In this document: positions 20,352 through 29,381 of the stretch, in pieces
Layout of the letters: each line of letters starts with the position of its first letter
How positions within the stretch are numbered: the first letter of the stretch is position 1
NCBI GenBank assembly: GCA_965221865.1
Contig: OZ244918.1
Location: 2,664,696 to 2,728,695 of the forward strand
DNA from: Candidatus Poriferisocius sp.
Lineage (GTDB): Bacteria > Actinomycetota > Acidimicrobiia > Acidimicrobiales > Bin134
Direction: 5' to 3'
Length of the DNA stretch: 64,000 nucleotides
The notes under the pieces: model-generated
The model's input: the letters and a program-made list of their open reading frames with translations, nothing else
Told to the model about the DNA's origin: nothing
The model's database searches: none
Made by a program: the position numbers and the translations under genes

Positions 20352-20753
20352 TCAGCATGGCCCTGGCACGTTAAGCGTTACCGTTCTAGCAACTGAACGA
20401 CACGCTGCAGCGGTTACTGCTAAGGTTCCTAAACGAATATTGAGTGGAGTGGTTGTTACACTTGCGGTGAGATTGCAAGCATCGGCATAAACAGTTAAGC
20501 CGACTGGCTGTACTGCTAGATGTTCAATTTGTGAAAGCAACGCATGAGCTGCTGCTTTTTGAGCTTGTTGCGGTACTTGTGCTTCACAGTCCCAGCCCGC
20601 TGCTGTAGCTGCTTGCACAGCAGCATCAGCAGCAGACTGAGCAGCTGCATCAGTTGCTAAGCGACTGACGTGTAGCACATAAAAACTGCTAAGCAATATG
20701 AGCAAAAACATGATTAGCACGCAAGTGCGTACAACAACCAGCGAAGCGCTCAT
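20352..20753 (-). CDS. TadE-like protein (actinobacterial Rv3654c-like type)
   Basis: 133 aa with an N-terminal TM helix followed by an Ala-rich segment, DAAAQSAADAAVQAATAAG. Confidence 0.5.
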   Translation of the reverse strand: MSASLVVVRTCVLIMFLLILLSSFYVLHVSRLATDAAAQSAADAAVQAATAAGWDCEAQVPQQAQKAAAHALLSQIEHLAVQPVGLTVYADACNLTASVTTTPLNIRLGTLAVTAAACRSVARTVTLNVPGPC

Positions 20754-20760
20754 AGCTCCA

Positions 20761-20961
20761 CTACGAGCATTTGCTGCTGCTCCAAGTACCGCCTACTGCT
20801 TTGCACAGACTTTCGCTGGTAATGCGTTGTTTGTCAATGTTGTTGTCGTTAGTTGCATCAGGTGCATTGTTGCTGAGTTGCGCGTAGACGATGATGCTCA
20901 CAATCGCAGCAGCAGCGATGGCTACCACGATTAAAATCATTTGCACTATGGCAGATTGCAT
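20761..20961 (-). CDS. candidate major pilin (non-canonical Flp-like)
   Basis: 66 aa from the ATG at 20961, with AGGAGA 9 nt upstream. The N-terminus MQSAIVQMILIVVAIAAAAIVSIIVY is hydrophobic. It sits between tadC and the tadE-like genes. It lacks the canonical Flp G/xxxxEY motif. Confidence 0.5.
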   Translation of the reverse strand: MQSAIVQMILIVVAIAAAAIVSIIVYAQLSNNAPDATNDNNIDKQRITSESLCKAVGGTWSSSKCS

Positions 20962-21045
20962 TGGAATTGTTCTCCTAGTAGATATTGGGGTGTTGGATAC
21001 GGGGCAAGTTGCCCAAAAGCCTTTGTAGAAATTAAAAATCAAGTG

Positions 21046-21762
21046 TTAAAGCACAAAGATCACCGCAGCCATAACAGCTAAACCAGCTAATGTGGACACT
21101 AAAGTCACCGTGAGCCCGATAGCTCGGCTCATCTTGTCAATAGTTGCGCGGCGTTCTGATTCCAATGTGCGTACAGCCCGTGCTAGAGATCGATCCAACA
21201 AATCCGAAGAAGCAGCGCCGGCGCGTTCGGCAGCTACAACCGAAGCTAGTAGGGGTTCGGCAGGTGAACCAACAATAGCTTTGCGAACAGCAGGTAGAGG
21301 ATCTTTTCCGGCTTCTAATGCTGTACCAATAGCGCCATGTGCTACCGCAAAGGCTCGTCCCGAAACGGTTAATGCCGAGTTAACGGCCGCAGCGTTTATA
21401 GGTTGACCTGCTGAAGTCAACAAACGCAGCTTGCGCATCCATTCCAACAGCTTGTGGTCGCGCTGATTACAGTATGCTCCCGCAGCAAATGAACGAATAG
21501 CTGTCGGCATCAAACACGGCAACCAAGTACCTGCTACTGTAGCTGCAGCTACACTGTTTCCCCACCCACCAAGACTGCCCCCAAGCAAGTACCCAATCAC
21601 CACCCCAAACCCTGTTATTAGCCACGCTGCTATAGCAATGCGGTGGGGCGCCCAGCCCATAGCTGCAGCTTGCGTAGCTGTTTGATTACTAGGTTTTGGT
21701 GTGGTCAATAATAAAACAGCTATTGCTGCAATACCCGAAAGCCCGCTAAACAGCGCAATCAT
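21046..21762 (-). CDS. tadC: Tad pilus platform protein, TadC-like (T2SSF family)
   Basis: 238 aa, polytopic, downstream of a paralogous membrane protein and the ATPase. Confidence 0.55.
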   Translation of the reverse strand: MIALFSGLSGIAAIAVLLLTTPKPSNQTATQAAAMGWAPHRIAIAAWLITGFGVVIGYLLGGSLGGWGNSVAAATVAGTWLPCLMPTAIRSFAAGAYCNQRDHKLLEWMRKLRLLTSAGQPINAAAVNSALTVSGRAFAVAHGAIGTALEAGKDPLPAVRKAIVGSPAEPLLASVVAAERAGAASSDLLDRSLARAVRTLESERRATIDKMSRAIGLTVTLVSTLAGLAVMAAVIFVL

Positions 21763-22574
21763 TTGCTAGCTCTCCAAGCTGGAAGCAATATGCGTCCGCA
21801 CAAAGCCGCCGCAAACAAAGCCATGACTAACATAAGCTGCTGTCCAGATGTAGACACCAGCCACGCACCCACGTCTTTTGCAGCAAAACCGGTTATTCCT
21901 AACATTGCCGCTGCTAGCACAACGGTTACCGCTATCTGCGGCATGAGAGCTGCCACATGGCGATAAAAATGGCGTGCAGTGTCTGCAAATGCGCTGGCTT
22001 CTTCAGCCAACACGTTTGCGAGGCTGATCCACTGCGAGCCTCCCCGAAAAGCTTCAATAAGCACTGTTGATAACATCTCAGCAATAGGTCTGTTAACGGT
22101 GTTTGCAAAACGTGTGGAGGCTTCAACTAAACCGCCTGTTTCGCATTCTGCGGCCATTTGCTTGGCAGCTATTCCTATTCGACCCTCAACTAAAGGTGCC
22201 GAACGCTGTATAGCTTGTACTACGGTGGGCGCAACCATGGCTTGGTTTGCAAGACTGTTGGTGAACTGTGCTAGCTGATCTGCTTCTTGCAAACTACGGC
22301 GCGCTCTAAGCTGCACTTTTATCGCCCCAACACAGATGGCAGTTAACACTAAAATAGCGAATGCTGTTATCGGCCCGTATAACAGCACTCCAATCAAACC
22401 GCTGCTGCACAACAACAAAGCAGCTACAAAGTTGCTTATTGATAGTTGACGCGGTGGTGCCAAAATCACACTGTTGATCAACAAATCTGAAGGGCTGCTG
22501 CTGTTAGTAGGCCACCAAATCGGTACCAATAAAAACAGTGCTGCTACCACCACAACTACCACTTGTGCATTCAT
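21759..22574 (-). CDS. tadB: Tad pilus platform protein, TadB-like (T2SSF family)
   Basis: 271 aa, polytopic, with 4-nt overlaps to both neighbours. Confidence 0.55.
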   Translation of the reverse strand: MNAQVVVVVVAALFLLVPIWWPTNSSSPSDLLINSVILAPPRQLSISNFVAALLLCSSGLIGVLLYGPITAFAILVLTAICVGAIKVQLRARRSLQEADQLAQFTNSLANQAMVAPTVVQAIQRSAPLVEGRIGIAAKQMAAECETGGLVEASTRFANTVNRPIAEMLSTVLIEAFRGGSQWISLANVLAEEASAFADTARHFYRHVAALMPQIAVTVVLAAAMLGITGFAAKDVGAWLVSTSGQQLMLVMALFAAALCGRILLPAWRASK

Positions 22575-24139
22575 GTGCTGCTCACAGTGGCTTTGTTTGC
22601 CGATTTGTTTACAACCGACTCATAAAGACGTTCAATCAATCCTTGAGGATGGCCTACAGGCATTGCCCAACGCTGCCCGGGCTGTAGTGCCCACAAACAT
22701 TGAGTGTCTATGGAGTCGTTGCGGTCGTCGTAACTAACAATTTGCGATACATCGGAGATTACACGTTCACCTAGTTCGTTACGCCCCATCCACACCAGCA
22801 GGTGAACCGCCATCGCAATTTGTTGACGGGCAAAGCGAGCATCAGCTCCTTCGCTGCACGCATATGAAAGCAGCTTGGCTAATACTCCTGGACCTGGCTG
22901 GCTGTGCAAAGTAACTAAGCAACCATTAAGCCCGCTGCTCATAGCATCTAGCAAAGCTAAAGTGCCCTCGCCTCTTGTTTCGCCAATTACCAGTTTGGAA
23001 GAATTGGCTCGCTTGGCATCGCGAATGTGGTCGCTCATGGAAAGCTTGCCAACACCATCATTGTTGGCATCGCGGGTTAAGCGTTCAAAGGTGTTGGGGT
23101 GAATGTCGTATTGGGCGAGCCGCAGTTCGGGTGTGTCCTCTATAGTATCAATTCTTTCTGAGGTATCTACGTTGGCTAACAACGCTTGACACAGCGTGGT
23201 TTTGCCTCCCCCCATTGCAGCAGCAACCACCACGTTGGCTCGAACTTTCCCAGCTACCGCACCTATGAGGATCTGTTGCAACGGGGGGCTAGCTACGTTG
23301 AGATCAGATAAGGTGACCTTGCCTGCCATATTGGAGCGCAAAACCATGGTAGGTGGTTGACACATAAAAGCTTCAGCATGTAAACGCCATCTATCACCTA
23401 AACGGATGTCTAAACGGCTGTCAAGCACATCAAAACGTTGCGGTAACCCACCAGAGAAACTAGCTAAATGTCGTACTGTTTCAATTAATTCTTCATTACT
23501 GCTAAACGGAGATTTACGTTTTTCGCGCTGCCCTTCAGCGTGATGCACAATCATGCATTCACCACCTCTGATTTGAAACTCTTCTACTCCAGTTTCTTTC
23601 AGCAGTTCTAAAAGCCGACTTTGGGCTGCGTGAGAAGCTGACCAAAGGTGTGTTTCACGGTCTAGTGGGTCGAGACGCCGTGGAGCAACTGCTGTCCACG
23701 CTAAGCGCCGCCCGAGACGTTGTAAGCGACGTCGATCGCTTTTCCCTACTGCCGACGATACCCACAATGTCACTACCCTTTGACGACCTATGCGTTGCGA
23801 TTCGGGTTGATCATCTGAGACAACTATTGACACGATAGGTGTGGCGCGTCTGCTCCCAGAGTCTAAGCGCAGCTGTGAACGTACATCGGTGCTTTCTACG
23901 GTGGTTATGCGTAACACTGTTGCAGCAGAGGCAACCGCTGCTTCTAAGCGAACCTCGGGTTGATCATCTCGCATCAACAAAACGGTGGGATGTCCAGCCG
24001 CTGATGCACTGTCTACTTCGGCAGGGGAGAGTGCCAATACTGCTCCCGATGCGGTAGATGCAATACCTTGCATCACAACATCTACGAGATGTTGCGTAGT
24101 TGACTGATTCAAGTGGCGATCTACAACTATTAACAGCAT
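22571..24139 (-). CDS. tadA: TadA/CpaF-family secretion ATPase with an N-terminal extension
   Basis: 522 aa with Walker A MGGGKTTLCQAL, IGETRGEG, and a His box GCLVTLHSQ. About 185 aa of extra N-terminal sequence. Confidence 0.85.
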   Translation of the reverse strand: MLLIVVDRHLNQSTTQHLVDVVMQGIASTASGAVLALSPAEVDSASAAGHPTVLLMRDDQPEVRLEAAVASAATVLRITTVESTDVRSQLRLDSGSRRATPIVSIVVSDDQPESQRIGRQRVVTLWVSSAVGKSDRRRLQRLGRRLAWTAVAPRRLDPLDRETHLWSASHAAQSRLLELLKETGVEEFQIRGGECMIVHHAEGQREKRKSPFSSNEELIETVRHLASFSGGLPQRFDVLDSRLDIRLGDRWRLHAEAFMCQPPTMVLRSNMAGKVTLSDLNVASPPLQQILIGAVAGKVRANVVVAAAMGGGKTTLCQALLANVDTSERIDTIEDTPELRLAQYDIHPNTFERLTRDANNDGVGKLSMSDHIRDAKRANSSKLVIGETRGEGTLALLDAMSSGLNGCLVTLHSQPGPGVLAKLLSYACSEGADARFARQQIAMAVHLLVWMGRNELGERVISDVSQIVSYDDRNDSIDTQCLWALQPGQRWAMPVGHPQGLIERLYESVVNKSANKATVSST

Positions 24140-24873
24140 TACTGGACAGTTTCGTCTTTGGAGATGTTGCCAAGCTGTCCTAGCTGAAGTAATTCTTGAA
24201 GCGAGTCTGTTTGAGCGCCCGCACTAGGTGCATCGGTTGTTGTTGGAACAGTGTTGTTCGTATTACTGCTGAGACATTGTGGCCAACCCCCGGGAGGGGA
24301 TTCCCAAATCCACCATTCATAGTCGCTCAATGTGGCTGCTAACGTTGGGGTTGCTTCTACAGTCACTTTTACTTCAGACGTCTCCATCTCCACTGCGGCA
24401 AGGCGTTCTATAGCGACTGCACAGCCCCCAGGAGCAGATGCAAACACCGCAGGGTCACCAGCAGTTGGCCCAGGGGTAGGCCACAAGCTGGCACTAACCG
24501 AAAAAGCCATTAAGGTTGTTGTGCGATTCTTATCACTCGGCTTTTCAGGTCGTAGCATCTCAGCCGACACAACGGTACCTTCGGGAACATCTACGCTTGC
24601 AGTCTTTCCTTTTAGATCGTCTGGTGTAACAAACAAAGGTGCTAGATCTGCAGGAACAGCAATCACAGCGTGTTGACCTACTAGATAACCTTCAGTCCAG
24701 CGTTCAGTAGCAGCAACAACCAAGATTTCATCTGGTTTATCTTTACCTAATGAAAGTAGCCACAAAGATGTAATGGTTGCTGCCAGTATCAACAAAACTG
24801 CTAATAGCCGCCACCGCAAGCTAACGGGCCAAGCGGTTACAAAACGCTGCGGGGTGTTTTTAGCGACTACCAC
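24139..24873 (-). CDS. cpaB: CpaB/RcpC-like pilus assembly protein (SAF domain)
   Basis: 244 aa with an N-terminal TM helix, then ILVVAATERWTEGYLVG...DVPEGTVVSAEML, resembling the SAF/CpaB pattern. Confidence 0.55.
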   Translation of the reverse strand: MVVAKNTPQRFVTAWPVSLRWRLLAVLLILAATITSLWLLSLGKDKPDEILVVAATERWTEGYLVGQHAVIAVPADLAPLFVTPDDLKGKTASVDVPEGTVVSAEMLRPEKPSDKNRTTTLMAFSVSASLWPTPGPTAGDPAVFASAPGGCAVAIERLAAVEMETSEVKVTVEATPTLAATLSDYEWWIWESPPGGWPQCLSSNTNNTVPTTTDAPSAGAQTDSLQELLQLGQLGNISKDETVQ

Positions 24874-26288
24874 AGTGTTACTTGCTGAGTTAAATATCCG
24901 TCTGCTTCACGGAACCAAGAAAGGTCTTCATCTACAACGTGTGTGTATGTATCTCCTTTTTCAGAGGTGTATTTAATGAGCAGCTGCCATTTCCAGAAAC
25001 CTTGGCGGGGTATAAACCAACGGCAACGGTCGTGCTTAGCGGTCCATCTGCTATCTAAAGACAGCGTCTTTAGCGAAGGTTGTGTCCAGTTTGGTAACGA
25101 GTTGGGTTTACACCAAACGGTGGCTGGGTCATTTCTAGAAAAAGCGTTACGGTACCACTGTTTATGTTGTGGACTCAGGCTGAGCCAGAGCGAGGCTGCT
25201 TGCTGGGCGTAGGCAGCAGCAGCCACATTGCCTGGATTTTGCAGCTTGCGTAGGTCTGGGTATTGATGGGGGAGTAGCTCCCGCAAGCTAACTCCTACAT
25301 GTGTTGCTTGCCATAAACATCCGTTGCTTGAAGCATCTACTATGTTCAGGTTGGCTCCAGACCGAAGTGCTACCCAATGTCGTGCTACCTTTGATGGGCT
25401 TGACGCTGCAGTAAGAAACTGGCGCCCACCTGGCACCTCAGGATGATGAGGTGACGTTAGGGTACTCTGATAGGGAACGATTGACTCCCAGCGCAATGCT
25501 TGTTGTAGATTTTGGGTTTTTGAGCTATTCCAAGAGGTTGTGCAAACCTTGATGGGCGCTTTTGGGGTGTGAGGAGTATTTGGTGGGTTGACTACATGAG
25601 GATTTTTTGGGCGCTTTTCCCAAGGGCAGTTGTTAGGTATGGTATCGGCTAAACAAGATGGCACACACCTGCCGTTGGCACATGGGTTAAAAGTTTTCCA
25701 ATCAATCTTAGGCGGTTTGGGTTTTGGGCTAGGTTTTGGACTAGGCGGCAGAACCACACTTGGTGAAGTGGGGGTGGAAGTAGGTTGTGGCACAGGCTTG
25801 GTTTGAGGTTTTGGAGTGGAAGTTGCCGTGGGCAGGTGTAGGTGGAATACCTTGACACCCTTTGTGCCACGCCAGCGATAGTTGATGTTGCGGTGCCCCT
25901 TCCAAATAGTCCAGCTGCCCGGTCCGAGTGATTTTGGAGTGCTGCTGTGAGGCCCGTGACCGCAATTGTTGCTGCTACGACACGAACTGGTAGACGAACG
26001 CGAGGTAATAACAATCCCACACAAGTCTAAGAGCATGATAGTGCAGTGGGCAGGTATTCGCGCTGTGTAATGAGTCCAGTAGTTGATATGCGTCCAACTA
26101 ACTGAGCAGTTCAACACATTCGCAGGACACGATTTGCCTGTTCCGCTAACCGATACGAGCTTAATTTTGGTGTGAGCTATAGCCTCATGTGCTGTTGGGG
26201 CTACCACTGCTAACCCAACTACTGGTATTGTCACAATTAACAAAGCAATGGCTAGGCGTACCGCTGCTGGTTTCAACCACGCACTCAT
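24867..26288 (-). CDS. exported Pro-rich hypothetical protein
   Basis: 473 aa with an N-terminal TM/signal segment and a PKPQTKPVPQPTSTPTSPSVVLPPSPKPSPKPKPP linker. It overlaps the cpaB start by 7 nt. Confidence 0.6.
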   Translation of the reverse strand: MSAWLKPAAVRLAIALLIVTIPVVGLAVVAPTAHEAIAHTKIKLVSVSGTGKSCPANVLNCSVSWTHINYWTHYTARIPAHCTIMLLDLCGIVITSRSSTSSCRSSNNCGHGPHSSTPKSLGPGSWTIWKGHRNINYRWRGTKGVKVFHLHLPTATSTPKPQTKPVPQPTSTPTSPSVVLPPSPKPSPKPKPPKIDWKTFNPCANGRCVPSCLADTIPNNCPWEKRPKNPHVVNPPNTPHTPKAPIKVCTTSWNSSKTQNLQQALRWESIVPYQSTLTSPHHPEVPGGRQFLTAASSPSKVARHWVALRSGANLNIVDASSNGCLWQATHVGVSLRELLPHQYPDLRKLQNPGNVAAAAYAQQAASLWLSLSPQHKQWYRNAFSRNDPATVWCKPNSLPNWTQPSLKTLSLDSRWTAKHDRCRWFIPRQGFWKWQLLIKYTSEKGDTYTHVVDEDLSWFREADGYLTQQVTLW

Positions 26289-27346
26289 GGCTGTGCCTCA
26301 AAAGCCCTGTAGTCGCAGCCAACTGCGAGATGGTCAGGGGGTCGGGTGTCTAAGCCAACTTGACGGGCCCACACATAACCCAAAAACGCATGAAAGCAAG
26401 CATGTGGACTATCTGGCAGGTCTAGTTCTAAGTTTTCTTGTGCGTGTGCTTGGATTATTTCTAGTAGAGGTTCCCAGCAAGACGGTAGAGAGGCGTTAAC
26501 TTCTACACTGTTAGATGAAGCATCAGCCATGGCTTGTGGGTAAGCTGCGTTGGGGTTGTTCGCAACTAGCTCTAAGCACTGTAACTTAAGCCAACCAGAG
26601 GTGTGTACGCGGGCAGGGTCATACCCGCGAGAGGCACAAATGGCTAAAGGTCTTGCAGCGTCATCTGCATGTAATGAATGATGCATAACAGAGTTTGCGA
26701 TGCAAGCCAAGCCTGCATCGCTCCACCAGTATCTAGCCACAAGTTCGGTTAGATGCGCTAAACCGCCTAAGCATGAGTACAACCCCTGAGCTGCTAAAAA
26801 TCCTTTGAGTGCATCAGAAGGTTCCACGGCGACACTCAGGTGGTAGCGGATGCATTCTTGAAGCCATAAACGGCTGCTAGCAGTATCTTCTATGGTGCCA
26901 TCTTGATGTCCAAGCTGCTGGCGCAGGGTTTCTAGTGCTCTGTGGCTTGCAGGAACTTTGCGGACAACAGGTAGGGCTTGGTTATCCCAAGCCAGCACAT
27001 CATTGCCAAACATAAAGAAAGGACTATCTTGGGTTGCTTGTTGAACTTCGGCGATGTCAGGCTTGGTGGTTTTTGTTATAGGTGAAGAGGTTACAACTGC
27101 GTTTTGTGAAACTTTGACTGCTTGATCTTTAGGATTATCAAGTTCTAGTGCTGTTTCGTGTGTGACAGGTGGTTCATCCGGCAGAAGCTCTAAGCGATCT
27201 TGTTGTGCATTGATTAGCAGGGGCGTAGAGGTTTGCGTAACCGTCTCGGCAGTTAACTTAACAGCGGCTGATTGAGTGGAGCCGCACCCCGTAGCACAAG
27301 CAGACAAGATCGCAAACAAGCACACAAAAATGCGGGTAATGCCCAT
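26285..27346 (-). CDS. lipoprotein, hypothetical
   Basis: 353 aa with signal peptide plus lipobox FAILSAC. It overlaps the next gene by 4 nt and is the first gene after the candidate promoter. Confidence 0.6.
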   Translation of the reverse strand: MGITRIFVCLFAILSACATGCGSTQSAAVKLTAETVTQTSTPLLINAQQDRLELLPDEPPVTHETALELDNPKDQAVKVSQNAVVTSSPITKTTKPDIAEVQQATQDSPFFMFGNDVLAWDNQALPVVRKVPASHRALETLRQQLGHQDGTIEDTASSRLWLQECIRYHLSVAVEPSDALKGFLAAQGLYSCLGGLAHLTELVARYWWSDAGLACIANSVMHHSLHADDAARPLAICASRGYDPARVHTSGWLKLQCLELVANNPNAAYPQAMADASSNSVEVNASLPSCWEPLLEIIQAHAQENLELDLPDSPHACFHAFLGYVWARQVGLDTRPPDHLAVGCDYRAFEAQP

Positions 27347-27415
27347 GAGTCCCTCTTGGCGTGATTCTAAACAGGGGCCTCAAGGCCGATACGCATGGCT
27401 TAAGCCAGCAATTTC

Positions 27416-27444
27416 ACTTTACAAGATTAGTTTTCAGGTGTCAA
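27416..27444 (-). promoter_or_regulatory. candidate sigma70-type promoter for the Tad-associated operon
   Basis: On the minus strand, TTGACA, a 17-nt spacer, then TAAAGT. It lies in an AT-rich intergenic region about 70 nt upstream of the ATG at 27346. Confidence 0.4.
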
Positions 27445-27504
27445 TAGATTATTTTAAGATATTTTGAGTTTTATAAAATATGTGTCATGCATCAGATTTT
27501 AATG

Positions 27505-27987
27505 TCAACCCAATTTCAGGTTATCTGGCTTACACGCCCACTGTGACCATGCCTCTTGTTCTGTGACATCCTCGTAATAGCGGATGAATTTAGCGGCGCG
27601 CAGGTTGGTAGCAGGGTCGTGTAAATCTACGGGTTGCCCATTGTGGCCTGGAAACCGCCATTTTTCAACATCCCAGCCTGTTAGCCACCCCTCATTGATC
27701 TGCATCAAACCAATCGATTCCTGACCCCATTCTTCCATGTTACGCTGAGAAGGGTCACCATAAGATTCACACTGTATAACAGCAAGAACATCGTTTACTT
27801 CACCTGCGGGAAAGGTCTCCTCCACGAGCGCCCGCCACCGCTCCACCGAGGGGGCGAAGATGCTTTGGGAAGAAGCTCCAATAAGGGTGAAGGAACTCAA
27901 CAGTAGTGCTGAGATGCTAAACAGTGTTAAAAAGATCTTTCTTAATGGCATAAAGATAGATGAGCTATTTAGGGAGAGGGCTTTCAA
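27505..27987 (-). CDS. secreted lytic transglycosylase (SLT domain)
   Basis: 160 aa with a signal peptide. The catalytic CES motif (VIQCESYGDP) and GLMQIN motif are typical of family-1 lytic transglycosylases. Confidence 0.7.
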   Translation of the reverse strand: MKALSLNSSSIFMPLRKIFLTLFSISALLLSSFTLIGASSQSIFAPSVERWRALVEETFPAGEVNDVLAVIQCESYGDPSQRNMEEWGQESIGLMQINEGWLTGWDVEKWRFPGHNGQPVDLHDPATNLRAAKFIRYYEDVTEQEAWSQWACKPDNLKLG

Positions 27988-28143
27988 GATGCACCTTGCA
28001 GCACCCTGTGCGTTGCTTCATCCCAAACAAACTCCACATCAGTATAGCTTGCCAAGAGAAAAATTGCTAACAAAGGGAACTAAACGGGTGGCCAAAGACT
28101 CGTAGACAAAAAATAGAACCCCTTTATTAGGAACAAAAGCGCA

Positions 28144-28296
28144 ATGCAAAATAAACCTGCCATCTATCGCATCTCAGACTACTCGCCACCACCAGCGCTA
28201 ACACCTTGGAGGCAATGGGCAACTGGATTAGCTTACCTAGTAGGTATCGCTATTTGTACAACAGTGTTTATTGGCGTATTAGCAGGCTGGGTGTGA
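28144..28296 (+). CDS. small membrane protein (hypothetical)
   Basis: 50-aa ATG ORF not in the supplied track, read by hand. One C-terminal TM helix, LAYLVGIAICTTVFIGVLAGWV. Confidence 0.25.
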   Translation: MQNKPAIYRISDYSPPPALTPWRQWATGLAYLVGIAICTTVFIGVLAGWV

Positions 28297-28374
28297 TATC
28301 TAACCTCTCACACACCACACCGTCTCCCCCATAAATCTCGAAACCAACCCCACTGAACAAAGAGCGGCAAGTGA

Positions 28375-28704
28375 TCAGTTACCCCTTGCTTGTGGGTCTT
28401 CAACGTCTGTTTCAGACGGCAAAGGGCAAAGCGCCTGCCGCGCGCTAGCAGCAGAACCGTTGTACTTGGAAGGCCAGTATGCAACCCATTTCCCGTTAGG
28501 GGTGTTGCGGTGTTCATCACATTCTAAGTAGCTCAGGTTTTCCCAACCTTGCTCATCAATTGGGATGGGATGGTCACCGCTAGTACTCAATTGCCCGCCT
28601 ACGCCGAGGCGCGACACCGAACCAGCACCACAACCGGTAACACATAGCAACACCAACAAGCACACAAGACCACCTATACGGTACTTGTTATGTGAAATCA
28701 CCAC
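28375..28704 (-). CDS. lipoprotein, hypothetical (last gene of the vWA/tubulin-like operon)
   Basis: 109 aa with lipobox LLCVTGC. It overlaps the upstream gene by 7 nt. Confidence 0.55.
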   Translation of the reverse strand: MVISHNKYRIGGLVCLLVLLCVTGCGAGSVSRLGVGGQLSTSGDHPIPIDEQGWENLSYLECDEHRNTPNGKWVAYWPSKYNGSAASARQALCPLPSETDVEDPQARGN

Positions 28705-29381
28705 ACCTCCCCGCAGCGCACAAACAAACGTCGCAAGTTCTCAGCACCGCTCTTTTTACCTAAATGAAACTTTATGGTAATAGGTGGGCTTGAGTTTTCG
28801 GGGAAAGTGATTATTGCATCTACAGTAGCGGAATCTGACAAAGCATGTCGTTTAAGTTCAGTGCTGAACCTGTTTAGCGCGTACAAGTTGCCTGCTTGCG
28901 TTTCAATGCTTCTTCCAATAAAAGGCCAGATACCGCCTTCGCTATCTTTATCTACCACCATAGGGATGGGGCGAGATTGTTCTTTCTCATCCTTGCTGAA
29001 TACTAATTCAACTGCTTCCCATCTAATTGGAGGCCATGCCTTTAGGATGAGATTTGATGGTACTAAAGTCACTTCTATTTCCCCATCACCATCATTGTTC
29101 CTATCTCTGCAAATAACATCTAAACGGCTTGGCACCCACAGATTGTTATGCTGTTCATCTGCTAACCTGCGTTCCTGCCAGTTGAAAGCGTAATTGTGTG
29201 CCGCATAATACACTCCGCCTTCTGCCACATCATCACCATCAATAGTAGGGAAGCTCATAATAGGAGCAGAACGTAACTGCCAGTTATTGTGGTCGGGAAC
29301 AGCCTCAGGCCAATCGCTAGCACACCCTGTGGCTAACAAAGCTAAACAGGTAAACATTCGCAATATTTTGGGCAATCTCAT
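28698..29381 (-). CDS. lipoprotein, hypothetical
   Basis: 227 aa with lipobox LLATGC. It overlaps the upstream gene by 4 nt. Confidence 0.6.
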   Translation of the reverse strand: MRLPKILRMFTCLALLATGCASDWPEAVPDHNNWQLRSAPIMSFPTIDGDDVAEGGVYYAAHNYAFNWQERRLADEQHNNLWVPSRLDVICRDRNNDGDGEIEVTLVPSNLILKAWPPIRWEAVELVFSKDEKEQSRPIPMVVDKDSEGGIWPFIGRSIETQAGNLYALNRFSTELKRHALSDSATVDAIITFPENSSPPITIKFHLGKKSGAENLRRLFVRCGEVW

